Shown here: positions 1-6,632 of the stretch, one piece after another
Layout: every line of letters starts with the position of its first letter
Numbering within the stretch: the first letter of the stretch is position 1
Notes under the pieces: generated by a model
Database searches by the model: none
What the model was told of the DNA's origin: nothing
The model's input: only the letters and a program-made list of their open reading frames with translations
Assembly (NCBI GenBank): GCA_043819075.1
Contig: JBDRFE010000054.1
Span: 1-10,565 of the forward strand
Reading direction: 5' to 3'
Length of the DNA stretch: 10,565 nucleotides
Origin: an archaeon
GTDB taxonomy: Archaea; Iainarchaeota; Iainarchaeia; Iainarchaeales; 1-14-0-10-31-34
Made by a program: the position numbers and the translations under genes

Positions 1-1
1 C

Positions 2-1717
2 CCCTCGCCAGAAAAAGCAGAATTAAATGTTGAAGCAAACGCTCCATTAGGAAAAAATGTTAATTCAATTGAATGGACTATTCCATTCAAAGGCTGTAAT
101 TTTACCGGAACACAACAGGATACAGGAATCGGAACACCAAATGCAAGCTCGCAGATAAGTTTAACCTGCACTCAAACAGGAATCAAAGCAGTTGTAGTTA
201 AAGCAGCAACCTCAGACGGCAATATAAACCACGAAGTGTTTTTAACATATTTTTCAGACAACAACGAAGAAATTGAAGTCAATTCAAAGTACCCTGAATT
301 CATTGAATTATCAAACGTAGGCTGGGACACAAACTGGAGTGAATCCTTGCACAGTACACGAATAAACCAGCCAATCTGGATTGAATACCAGGGAACAGAA
401 CAAAACTTTGATTACAGGCTGTCACAGATTAAAACAAAAACTTTTACAATAATAAAAAACACCGGAACAGGATTAGGAAAAGAAACTGCAAGCACAACAA
501 CAGTGAATTCATCAGAGGCATTTACTTCAATCCAAAACCCAGTATGCCCTTACAATAACACAATTAACTCGCTTGTATACTCTGGAAATGACTTTAACAT
601 AATTGAAAAAACTTCAACTCTTTCATGCGAGCCAGGAACACACAATATAACACTGGCTTCAACAGGAAAATACTCTAACGGAACAGATTATGAAATTGGA
701 ATAGACCTGAATTTTATTGTATTAGACTTAAACATTCAAGTATTGGGCATGAAAACAAACCAGACAGACAGCACTTTATTCGGATTACTGTTCGGGAACT
801 ATGGCGGAATAGACTTAAATATAATAATAGACAATTACTCGCCAGAATACACTGAAATAACTGATGTAAACCTGTTTTATTTCAGGGAAACAACCGGAGT
901 GGGAGCCTTTTCGTTATGGAGTATTCCGGGGGATGTCTCTTGCACAACAGAGCAAACTGAATTAATCCAGGAAACTGAAACCAGATGGAAAATTAATTCT
1001 CATTTAACCTGCACTAAAAGCCATCTTTTTGCCCCACAAATTTATTTAAGCAATTACCCTGTTTTCAGGTTGCCGGCAATAATGATGTTCCAAGTATACA
1101 CTCCAAACGACTTGCTGAGAACTGACTCAGTTACAATAACAAATTATTTTGATGCAGTATGGAACCCAGACCAAAACACAGTATGCGGTTCAAAGGGATG
1201 CGAAAAGGCAGGCACTGCGCTGGGCGGAGAACTCGGAATACAGGAAAAAAAAGAAATCGGAACAAGCACTGCATTCATTGTATTGCCAGAAGACCACGTG
1301 AAAGTAAATAAAGGAGACTTGCTTGGATTCACTTCAATTGTAACAGATTTAGGATTACCAGAGCCAGAGGGAATCCAAAACGCAACAATAATTGTTTTAA
1401 TAACTGATTCAGCTGGAAACGAGGTAGCAGAATTATCTCAAATCGAACACCTGTATTTCGAAAAAACAGTTTTTAACAGGATTTTTTATGACACAGGATA
1501 CTTAAACAAAAATGAATTGTATACTGTTACAGCAACAATTTACTGGACTCCAGATGAAGGGTTCCAGGAACTTGATACAAGGCCGTTAAATAACACTCAA
1601 ATAGCATACTTTTATGTTTTAGGCGATTCAATAAGCCAGACGGCATTAGATGAAACAGGTTTTGCAGGAATAATAATTGCATTGCTTTCAGTTTTATTAA
1701 TTCTTTCAAAAAAATAA
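2..1717 (+). CDS. Large cell-surface glycoprotein, 5'-truncated by the window; beta-rich/Ig-like modules, CARDB-like last domain and C-terminal transmembrane anchor
   Basis: The frame of ORF 236..1717 is open back to base 2 (PSPEKAELNVEANAPLGKNVNSIEWTIPFKGCNFTGTQQDTG...), so GTG236 is not the real start. The protein is rich in Thr/Asn/Ile, has spaced Cys and many N-X-S/T sequons (NFT, NAS, NWS, NSS, NNT, NIT, NGT, NQT, NYS, NAT). It ends ...YTVTATIYWTPDEGFQELDTRPLNNTQIAYFYV (CARDB-like end), then DETGF + hydrophobic helix AGIIIALLSVLLIL + SKK. Confidence 0.85.
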   Translation, partial: PSPEKAELNVEANAPLGKNVNSIEWTIPFKGCNFTGTQQDTGIGTPNASSQISLTCTQTGIKAVVVKAATSDGNINHEVFLTYFSDNNEEIEVNSKYPEFIELSNVGWDTNWSESLHSTRINQPIWIEYQGTEQNFDYRLSQIKTKTFTIIKNTGTGLGKETASTTTVNSSEAFTSIQNPVCPYNNTINSLVYSGNDFNIIEKTSTLSCEPGTHNITLASTGKYSNGTDYEIGIDLNFIVLDLNIQVLGMKTNQTDSTLFGLLFGNYGGIDLNIIIDNYSPEYTEITDVNLFYFRETTGVGAFSLWSIPGDVSCTTEQTELIQETETRWKINSHLTCTKSHLFAPQIYLSNYPVFRLPAIMMFQVYTPNDLLRTDSVTITNYFDAVWNPDQNTVCGSKGCEKAGTALGGELGIQEKKEIGTSTAFIVLPEDHVKVNKGDLLGFTSIVTDLGLPEPEGIQNATIIVLITDSAGNEVAELSQIEHLYFEKTVFNRIFYDTGYLNKNELYTVTATIYWTPDEGFQELDTRPLNNTQIAYFYVLGDSISQTALDETGFAGIIIALLSVLLILSKK

Positions 1718-1724
1718 CATGCAA

Positions 1725-1731
1725 TTTTTTT
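1725..1731 (+). terminator. Putative archaeal oligo(T) terminator
   Basis: T7 run starting 8 nt after the TAA at 1717. Confidence 0.4.
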
Positions 1732-1742
1732 CGGCTTATGAC

Positions 1743-1785
1743 GAAAAGAAATCTTTAAATTAACAAGCAACAAAAAATTTTGTGA
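1743..1785 (+). promoter_or_regulatory. Putative BRE/TATA promoter and SD for the prenyltransferase
   Basis: Purine-rich GAAAAGAAA, then TTTAAATT (1754-1761); GTGA (1782-1785) lies 6 nt before ATG 1792. Confidence 0.45.
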
Positions 1786-1791
1786 TAAAAA

Positions 1792-2856
1792 ATGGATTTC
1801 AAAGAATACATGGAAAAAAACAGTGAAATAATTAACGCTGAAATGAAAAAGTTTTTTCCAAAAAAACTCGGAAAAAAATGGCTTGAAAACGCTTTAGATA
1901 AAGCAGAATTCAAATTAGATGAAAAAACTCTGACAAAAAGCCTGTCAGAGCCGATATGGGATTTACTTGAAAGAGGCGGCAAAAGATGGAGGCCAAGCTT
2001 AATGATGTTAAGCTTTGAGGCATTAGGCGGAAAAAACACAAAAAAAATCATGCCATTAACTGTTCTCCCGGAATTCATGCACAACGGCAGCATAATGGTG
2101 GACGACATAGAGGATTCAAGCGAACTAAGAAGAGGCAAAAAATGCACTCACTTGTTGTTTGGACAGGATATTGCAATCAACGCAGGAAACACAATGTACT
2201 TTTTGCCGATGATTTTGCTTTACAGGAACAAGCTGAAATTAAAGGAAAAAACAATAAAAAAAATTTACGATTTATGTGCAAAAGAAATGATGAAATTAAG
2301 TGCAGGCCAGGGAATGGACATTTTATGGCACAAAAAAAATCAGGAAAATTTAACAGAAGAACATTACTTGCAGATGTGCGCATACAAGACTGGAGCACTG
2401 GCAAGATTAAGCGCTAAATTAGGGGCGATTTTAGCTGAAGCAAATGAAAAAGAAACACAAAAAATAGGCAAGTTTGCTGAAAGCATTGGAATAGCTTTTC
2501 AGATACACGATGACGTATTAAATTTAGTGGGAGAAGAATTCAGCAAAGGAAAAGGCCTTGGAGAGGATATTCATGAAGGAAAAAAAACCCTGATTTTGCT
2601 TCACACTTTAAGAAAAGCAAGCAAAGAAGACAAAAAAAGATTAGAAGAAATAATTGCTTGTCATCCAAGCAAACAGGAAACAATCAACGAAGCAATTGGA
2701 ATAATGGAAAAATATAATTCAATTGAATACGCAAAAGAAAAGGCAAAAAATTTGGTAAAAAAAAGCTGGAAGGAAGCAGAGCCATTCCTAAAGAAAGGAA
2801 AGGCAAAAAACCTGTTAAAAGAATTTGGGAATTACGTGATCGAAAGAAAAATATAA
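1792..2856 (+). CDS. Polyprenyl synthetase family trans-isoprenyl diphosphate synthase (GGPP synthase-like; product chain length uncertain)
   Basis: Motifs in the expected order: GGKRWRP, FARM DDIED followed by RRG, GQGMD, KTGAL, FQIHDDVLN (SARM), GEDIHEGKKT. 354 aa. Confidence 0.96.
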   Translation: MDFKEYMEKNSEIINAEMKKFFPKKLGKKWLENALDKAEFKLDEKTLTKSLSEPIWDLLERGGKRWRPSLMMLSFEALGGKNTKKIMPLTVLPEFMHNGSIMVDDIEDSSELRRGKKCTHLLFGQDIAINAGNTMYFLPMILLYRNKLKLKEKTIKKIYDLCAKEMMKLSAGQGMDILWHKKNQENLTEEHYLQMCAYKTGALARLSAKLGAILAEANEKETQKIGKFAESIGIAFQIHDDVLNLVGEEFSKGKGLGEDIHEGKKTLILLHTLRKASKEDKKRLEEIIACHPSKQETINEAIGIMEKYNSIEYAKEKAKNLVKKSWKEAEPFLKKGKAKNLLKEFGNYVIERKI

Positions 2857-2947
2857 AAGGTTTTAAAAAAGGTTTCTAAGGGAATTATTAATAAACAGAA
2901 AGAAACTATTTTTTTAATGGATTTTATCTGGACAGCAAACAAAATCG

Positions 2948-2968
2948 TTTATTAAATTTTTAAAGTGA
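2948..2968 (+). promoter_or_regulatory. Putative TATA box and SD for rpl44e
   Basis: TTTATTAAATT at 2948-2958 (the same 11-mer occurs at 4221-4231 before the PHP gene); AGTGA just upstream of ATG 2975. Confidence 0.4.
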
Positions 2969-2974
2969 AACACA

Positions 2975-3253
2975 ATGAAGATACCAAAAAAAATCAAATT
3001 ATACTGCAAAAAATGCAATGCCCACACAGAACATAAATTAAAGCAGGCTAAAACAAGAAAAGCAAGGGCAAACAGTTTTGGCACAAGAAGGTTTGAAAGA
3101 AAACACAAAAAAGGATACGGCGGAAAAGCAAAATTCACAATAAAAGCAAAAAAACAGACAAAAAAACCAAATTTCACAGCAGAATGCATTAAATGCCAAA
3201 TGAAGAAACCTTTCTCTATTCCAAAAAGAATGAAGAAAACAGAATTAGTTTAA
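2975..3253 (+). CDS. rpl44e: 50S ribosomal protein L44e (eL42)
   Basis: 92 aa and very basic. MKIPKKIKLYCKKCNAHTEHK start, GYGG motif, KQTKK, second CxxC (CIKC) and KRMKKTELV end match the archaeal L44e zinc-ribbon pattern. Confidence 0.96.
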   Translation: MKIPKKIKLYCKKCNAHTEHKLKQAKTRKARANSFGTRRFERKHKKGYGGKAKFTIKAKKQTKKPNFTAECIKCQMKKPFSIPKRMKKTELV

Positions 3254-3266
3254 ATCTTCTGGCTGG

Positions 3267-3274
3267 AAAAAAAA
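3267..3274 (-). terminator. Putative oligo(T) terminator of the wHTH-V4R operon
   Basis: A8 on + (T8 on -) about 12 nt past the V4R stop, in the convergent 32-bp gap after rpl44e. Confidence 0.4.
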
Positions 3275-3285
3275 CTATTCCTGAA

Positions 3286-3849
3286 TTAAACTTTTGGGTC
3301 TAACTGGTCTTGAGTGTTTTTTTTAGAGAAATCAAATTCATTGTTCTTGTTTACAATGAACTCGCATTCAGATGAATTCATTGAAACACATTTTGTTTCA
3401 ACACAATCCAAGTCTTTTTCTAACGCAAAAGAAAAAATTCCAGCAATAATGCCCCTCAAAATATGGTCAATGGGCTTCTTGGATTTGCCTCTAAAAGAAA
3501 CAGAAAAAGGGCTGGAAGAAACAAGAATTATTGCCCTGGAATTCACTTCATCAAAATGCACAACCCTTACATGGCCAAAACCAGAGTTAATGAAAAACTC
3601 GCTCACAAAATTCACCAAAGAAATGCCTGAATAAGGAGGTCTTGCCTGAAGCAGCGGAATAAATTTTTTCATGGATTTTTTGACAGAAAAATAAATTTTC
3701 TTGGAGTCTTCTTCAGAGGCATTAAACAAAAAGTCTGCAAGGATTTCAGCAGGAAAAACAAGGAAAGGAATGTCAATCAAAAAAAAGTTTCCGTTAGAAA
3801 ACTTAACCTGGCCGGTAAAAATAAATTTATCGAAGTAATTGTTTAGCAT
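3286..3849 (-). CDS. V4R (4-vinyl reductase-like) domain protein, 187 aa
   Basis: V4R hallmarks: SGFG...V, SSPF, PIDHILRGIIAGIFS, ETKCVSMNSSECEF. Start revised from 3888 to ATG 3849 (MLNNYFDK) because a perfect GGAGG SD lies at 3856-3860 on the minus strand. Confidence 0.88.
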   Translation of the reverse strand: MLNNYFDKFIFTGQVKFSNGNFFLIDIPFLVFPAEILADFLFNASEEDSKKIYFSVKKSMKKFIPLLQARPPYSGISLVNFVSEFFINSGFGHVRVVHFDEVNSRAIILVSSSPFSVSFRGKSKKPIDHILRGIIAGIFSFALEKDLDCVETKCVSMNSSECEFIVNKNNEFDFSKKNTQDQLDPKV

Positions 3850-4141
3850 TTTTTTCCTCCAAAGGCTTTTCAGAAATAATTGAATCAATTACCCTGTATT
3901 TTTCAACTTCCAAAGGCCAGACAACAAGAGTGTTGCCGGATTTCTTTGAAAACAACAGTTTCTTTGAAACAAGCTTCTTCAAATAATAAGAATACTTAGA
4001 GTAAGCTCTCTTCCTTGTTTCACGCGAAGAAAGGTTTTCATCCAATAATTCAGCCAACTCAATTGAAGTGACAGGCCAGTTTTCTTTAATCAAAAAAAAC
4101 AATTTTGATTCAAAAGAACCCAAAAACAAATTTTCTGGCAT
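3827..4141 (-). CDS. Winged helix-turn-helix protein, putative transcriptional regulator
   Basis: 104 aa. ESKLFFLIKENWPVTSIELAELL...YSYYLKKLVSKKLLFSKKSGNTLVVWP gives helix-helix-recognition helix plus a beta wing. GGGGT SD-like motif upstream; 23-nt overlap with the V4R gene. Confidence 0.8.
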   Translation of the reverse strand: MPENLFLGSFESKLFFLIKENWPVTSIELAELLDENLSSRETRKRAYSKYSYYLKKLVSKKLLFSKKSGNTLVVWPLEVEKYRVIDSIISEKPLEEKNAKQLLR

Positions 4142-4254
4142 GCCAACCCCTATGGTGCTAAATTAAAGGCTTTACCGGAATAAAAAGCTTTTGGTTCTGT
4201 TCTGCCAGAAAAAGATAGGTTTTATTAAATTGTCCAGGCTTTAATCTGAATGCA
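4142..4254. promoter_or_regulatory. Divergent promoter region
   Basis: Plus strand: AAAAGATAGG then TTTATTAA (4221-4228), 26 nt before ATG 4255. Minus strand: AAAGC-TTTTTATT (4179-4186), upstream of the GGGGT SD and ATG 4141. Confidence 0.5.
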
Positions 4255-5376
4255 ATGAAAGTAATTACAATTGACTTGCACACTCACTTGAATGAAAAAA
4301 ATGTCAGGCCAGAAGACTACTGGAAGAGAGTGCAGGAAATAAAACTTGATGCAGTGGCAATAACAGAACACAACTGTTTTAACCCAAAAGACGCTTTTGA
4401 AAAACTCAGCAAAACCAAACCAGAAAACGTACTGCTTATCCCTGGAATGGAATTATTCACTTCATTAGGCCACGCAATAGTTTATGCAAAAGACGCAAGC
4501 ATTTACAAGGAAATCGAATTCCTTGAAACAAAAGTTGACATTGAAAGAGTACTGGAAATAGTGAAAGAAAAAAAATTTTATCTAAGTTTTGCCCACCCGT
4601 TTGGATACGACCATGACTCAGTGTGCTTTCTTGCAGGCACCAGTGCAGCAAAAAAATTAATCACAAAACACCAAACAGGAGTGGAAATATACAACGGGCT
4701 GGTTTCACAATTAAGCAATTTCCTTTATGACTCTAAATGGATTACAAAACCATTTAATTTTCTTTCATTCCTTGAAAAAAATTTTGTTTCAAAAAAGATT
4801 GGGTTAAGCGGGGCCGGAGTGAAAATAAAGAACTCTTTTGACTCAAGAAGGCAGGAAATACTAATGAGATGCATTAAGGCAATAGAATTAGGAAAAGAAG
4901 CAAGCTTTGTCACAGCAGGAAGCGATGCACATTCAGCTGAAAGAATTGGCACAGGAATAATGAAAATAAGGTTTGAAAAAGAACTGACAGCAGAAAACGT
5001 TTTAGAGGCATTAAAAGAAAAAGAAAACATTTTATGGAGCGGTCCCTTAATACAGGAAAAAAACGGGGCATACGAAAAAGTTGACTCCAATTTAAAAGGA
5101 AAAGAAATCGCACAAGGAATAAAATACATTACTTCAAGGGCAGTGAAAAGAGGAAGGCAGAGGATTCCCACAGAAAAAATAAAAACAAGGATAAAAAACT
5201 TAGGGGAAGGAAAAATAACAAAAAAAATAAAAAACATGAAAATAAGGGAAAAAATCAATGGCATTAAATTAAATGAAAAAATCAAGGGCAGTAGAATAGC
5301 CAAAAGAATAGGGGAAACAGGGATAGCAAAAAGAATAAATAAAATGGGGAAAAAAAAGGAAAGTGAAAGAAAATGA
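4255..5376 (+). CDS. PHP-domain metal-dependent phosphoesterase with internal insertion and Lys-rich C-terminal tail
   Basis: PHP motifs DLHTH, ITEHN, PGME, GH, AHPF, EIYNG and GSDAH occur in canonical order. The last ~80 aa are basic and low in complexity. Confidence 0.9.
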   Translation: MKVITIDLHTHLNEKNVRPEDYWKRVQEIKLDAVAITEHNCFNPKDAFEKLSKTKPENVLLIPGMELFTSLGHAIVYAKDASIYKEIEFLETKVDIERVLEIVKEKKFYLSFAHPFGYDHDSVCFLAGTSAAKKLITKHQTGVEIYNGLVSQLSNFLYDSKWITKPFNFLSFLEKNFVSKKIGLSGAGVKIKNSFDSRRQEILMRCIKAIELGKEASFVTAGSDAHSAERIGTGIMKIRFEKELTAENVLEALKEKENILWSGPLIQEKNGAYEKVDSNLKGKEIAQGIKYITSRAVKRGRQRIPTEKIKTRIKNLGEGKITKKIKNMKIREKINGIKLNEKIKGSRIAKRIGETGIAKRINKMGKKKESERK

Positions 5377-5780
5377 AGTACTCTTTTTACCCTGAAACAG
5401 AAATAAGAAAAATTCCTTCAGAAGCTGAAAAAATCCATTTTATACGCCCAATTAAAGCAGAAAAAGTAAAAGAGCTGTTAAGCAAAAGAAAAATAAAAGA
5501 AATAAGCTTCAGCTCTTCAACCAGAAAAAGAATGAAGCCAAAAGCAATAAAATTAATTGAAAAAAAAGGCATTCAGGTAAAAGAAGAGTCAAGAAGAGGC
5601 AGGGCAATAGGAACAGGCTTTGATTCACTCCTGAAAATAATTGAATTAAAAAAAGATTATTTAAGCATAAGAAAAATAGGGAAGCTTACCGGAATCCCAA
5701 AAAGCACTGTTTACTATCTTTTAAAGTACGCTGAAAGAGACAAAATTAAAAAGAAAAACCAGACAATATATCTGGAGTGA
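5373..5780 (+). CDS. DUF1699-like archaeal protein with C-terminal helix-turn-helix (putative DNA-binding regulator)
   Basis: The N-terminal part (EIRKIPSEAEKIHFIRP...IKEISFSSSTRKRMKPKAIKLIEKKGIQV) resembles the archaeal DUF1699 pattern as recalled. The C-terminal LSIRKIGKLTGIPKSTVYYLLK is a clear HTH. ATGA overlap with the PHP stop. Confidence 0.75.
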   Translation: MKYSFYPETEIRKIPSEAEKIHFIRPIKAEKVKELLSKRKIKEISFSSSTRKRMKPKAIKLIEKKGIQVKEESRRGRAIGTGFDSLLKIIELKKDYLSIRKIGKLTGIPKSTVYYLLKYAERDKIKKKNQTIYLE

Positions 5781-5880
5781 AAAAAAATGAATGCAATTGA
5801 AACTGCAGCAGCAAAATTAAAAAGGAAAGGAAAAAAATGAACGCATTTGAATCAGTGCTGTCAGAGCTGAAAAGAAAAGG
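5781..5880 (+). repeat. Degenerate 50-bp tandem duplication (5781-5830 vs 5831-5880)
   Basis: aaaaaaatgaatgcaattgaaactgcagcagcaaaattaaaaaggaaagg vs aaaaaaatgaacgcatttgaatcagtgctgtcagagctgaaaagaaaagg; 35/50 identical without gaps (hand count). Confidence 0.8.
5787..5840 (+). CDS. Putative 17-aa mini-ORF MNAIETAAAKLKRKGKK, paralogous to the N-terminus of the next gene
   Basis: ATG 5787 is preceded by GGAGTGA (5774-5780); its TGA (5838-5840) overlaps ATG 5837 of the next CDS; the peptide aligns with MNAFESVLSELKRKG. Confidence 0.5.
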   Translation: MNAIETAAAKLKRKGKK

Positions 5881-6148
5881 GGATTCAGAGAAAGTGAAAT
5901 GGCTGGAAAGCCTTGACAAAAAAATCACTGCAACCCAGAAAAAAAGAATACAGGAAAACGATTCAAAAATAATGCAGGAATTGTTTGCGCCAAAATGGGC
6001 TTCATGGGAACTCCTATATGCTTGGGCAACAAAAGAAGAACAGGAAAAACAATGCATTTTATGCGGCAAAAAAGATTCTCTTGGAATGGACTTCAAGGCA
6101 AAATTTGTCTGTGCCGGCTGCTTCATAGAATTAAAACACAAGCAATAA
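5837..6148 (+). CDS. Small protein with C-terminal Cys4 zinc finger (CILC...CAGC)
   Basis: 103 aa. Helical N-terminus, Trp-rich middle (PKWASWELLYAWA), then CxxC-x15-CxxC. Confidence 0.8.
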   Translation: MNAFESVLSELKRKGDSEKVKWLESLDKKITATQKKRIQENDSKIMQELFAPKWASWELLYAWATKEEQEKQCILCGKKDSLGMDFKAKFVCAGCFIELKHKQ

Positions 6149-6212
6149 CCTATACATAAGGCGATAGTAAGGGTTATTAATGTGAAAAAGCACACTTTAA
6201 CAAGTGAATGAA

Positions 6213-6632
6213 ATGTTTGAAATCGACGAAAAACTCAGGAAAAAACTCCTTGAAGAAGAATTCAGGTTAAGGTCAAAACAGCCTCCCCCGTGGGCAAAAT
6301 TCAAGTACAGGAAATTTGTTAGATTGCCAAAAGAAGAAAGAGAAAAAGAAAAAGCAAGAAAAAAAGAAGAAGAAGAGCAGAAACAAAAAGAAGAAGAAGA
6401 AAAACAGAGGAAAAAAGAAAAAGAAAACGCAAGAAAAGAAAAAGCAAGAGAAAAAATCAGGAAACAAAAAGCAAGAGAAAAGCTCCAGGAACAAAAAGCA
6501 AGAAAAAAAATCAGGGAAGAAAAAAGAAAGATTCAAAAAGAAAAGAAAAAAATTCAAAAAGAAAAAATAAGGCTTAAAAAAGAAAAAATAAAAGCAGCCA
6601 AAAAGAAAAAAACTTTAAAGAAAAGAAAATAA
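6213..6632 (+). CDS. Hypothetical protein: short N-terminal domain plus Lys/Glu-rich coiled-coil/low-complexity tail
   Basis: Non-repetitive N-terminus MFEIDEKLRKKLLEEEFRLRSKQPPPWAKFKYRKFVRLP, then K/E/R repeats. ATG 6213 is preferred over GTG 6204 because AGTGA (6203-6207) is positioned as an SD; TTATTAAT TATA-like box at 6174-6181. Confidence 0.7.
   Translation: MFEIDEKLRKKLLEEEFRLRSKQPPPWAKFKYRKFVRLPKEEREKEKARKKEEEEQKQKEEEEKQRKKEKENARKEKAREKIRKQKAREKLQEQKARKKIREEKRKIQKEKKKIQKEKIRLKKEKIKAAKKKKTLKKRK
6441..6521 (+). repeat. Three in-frame 27-bp tandem repeats (KAREKIRKQ/KAREKLQEQ/KARKKIREE)
   Basis: Units start with aaagcaaga at 6441, 6468 and 6495; two 21-bp KxKIQKE units follow. Confidence 0.8.

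Noticed and set aside
236..238. GTG 236 as the start of the surface protein
   Set aside because: The frame is open upstream to base 2 with similar composition, and no signal peptide follows GTG 236.
2917..2955. 12-codon uORF MDFIWTANKIVY upstream of rpl44e
   Set aside because: No SD, it directly follows a T-run, and its stop lies within the TATA-like box; expected by chance.
3113..3127. GYGGK instead of the GYGGQ seen in eukaryotic eL42
   Set aside because: This loop varies among archaeal L44e proteins, so it is not informative alone.
1144..3189. Short ORFs 1144..1332, 1527..1724, 1755..2147, 2142..2417, 2177..2404 and 2914..3189
   Set aside because: Antisense or alternate-frame shadows of well-supported genes; the Phe/Leu richness of the antisense ones mirrors Lys/Glu codons.
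3850..3888. 13-aa N-terminal extension of the V4R ORF given in the track
   Set aside because: The GGAGG SD supports ATG 3849; the extension lies inside the wHTH gene.
3314..6195. ORFs 3314..3634 (+), 4457..4651, 4725..5303, 4910..5113, 5387..5572 and 5746..6195 (-)
   Set aside because: They lie opposite genes with recognisable motifs and have no motifs of their own.
6441..6563. Repeats as a possible CRISPR array
   Set aside because: Units are contiguous, degenerate, multiples of 3 and in-frame; no spacers and no cas genes.
6273..6570. Poly-Phe ORF 6273..6557 (-) and poly-Lys ORF 6316..6570 (+)
   Set aside because: Artefacts of a purine-rich tract that lacks stop codons in several frames.
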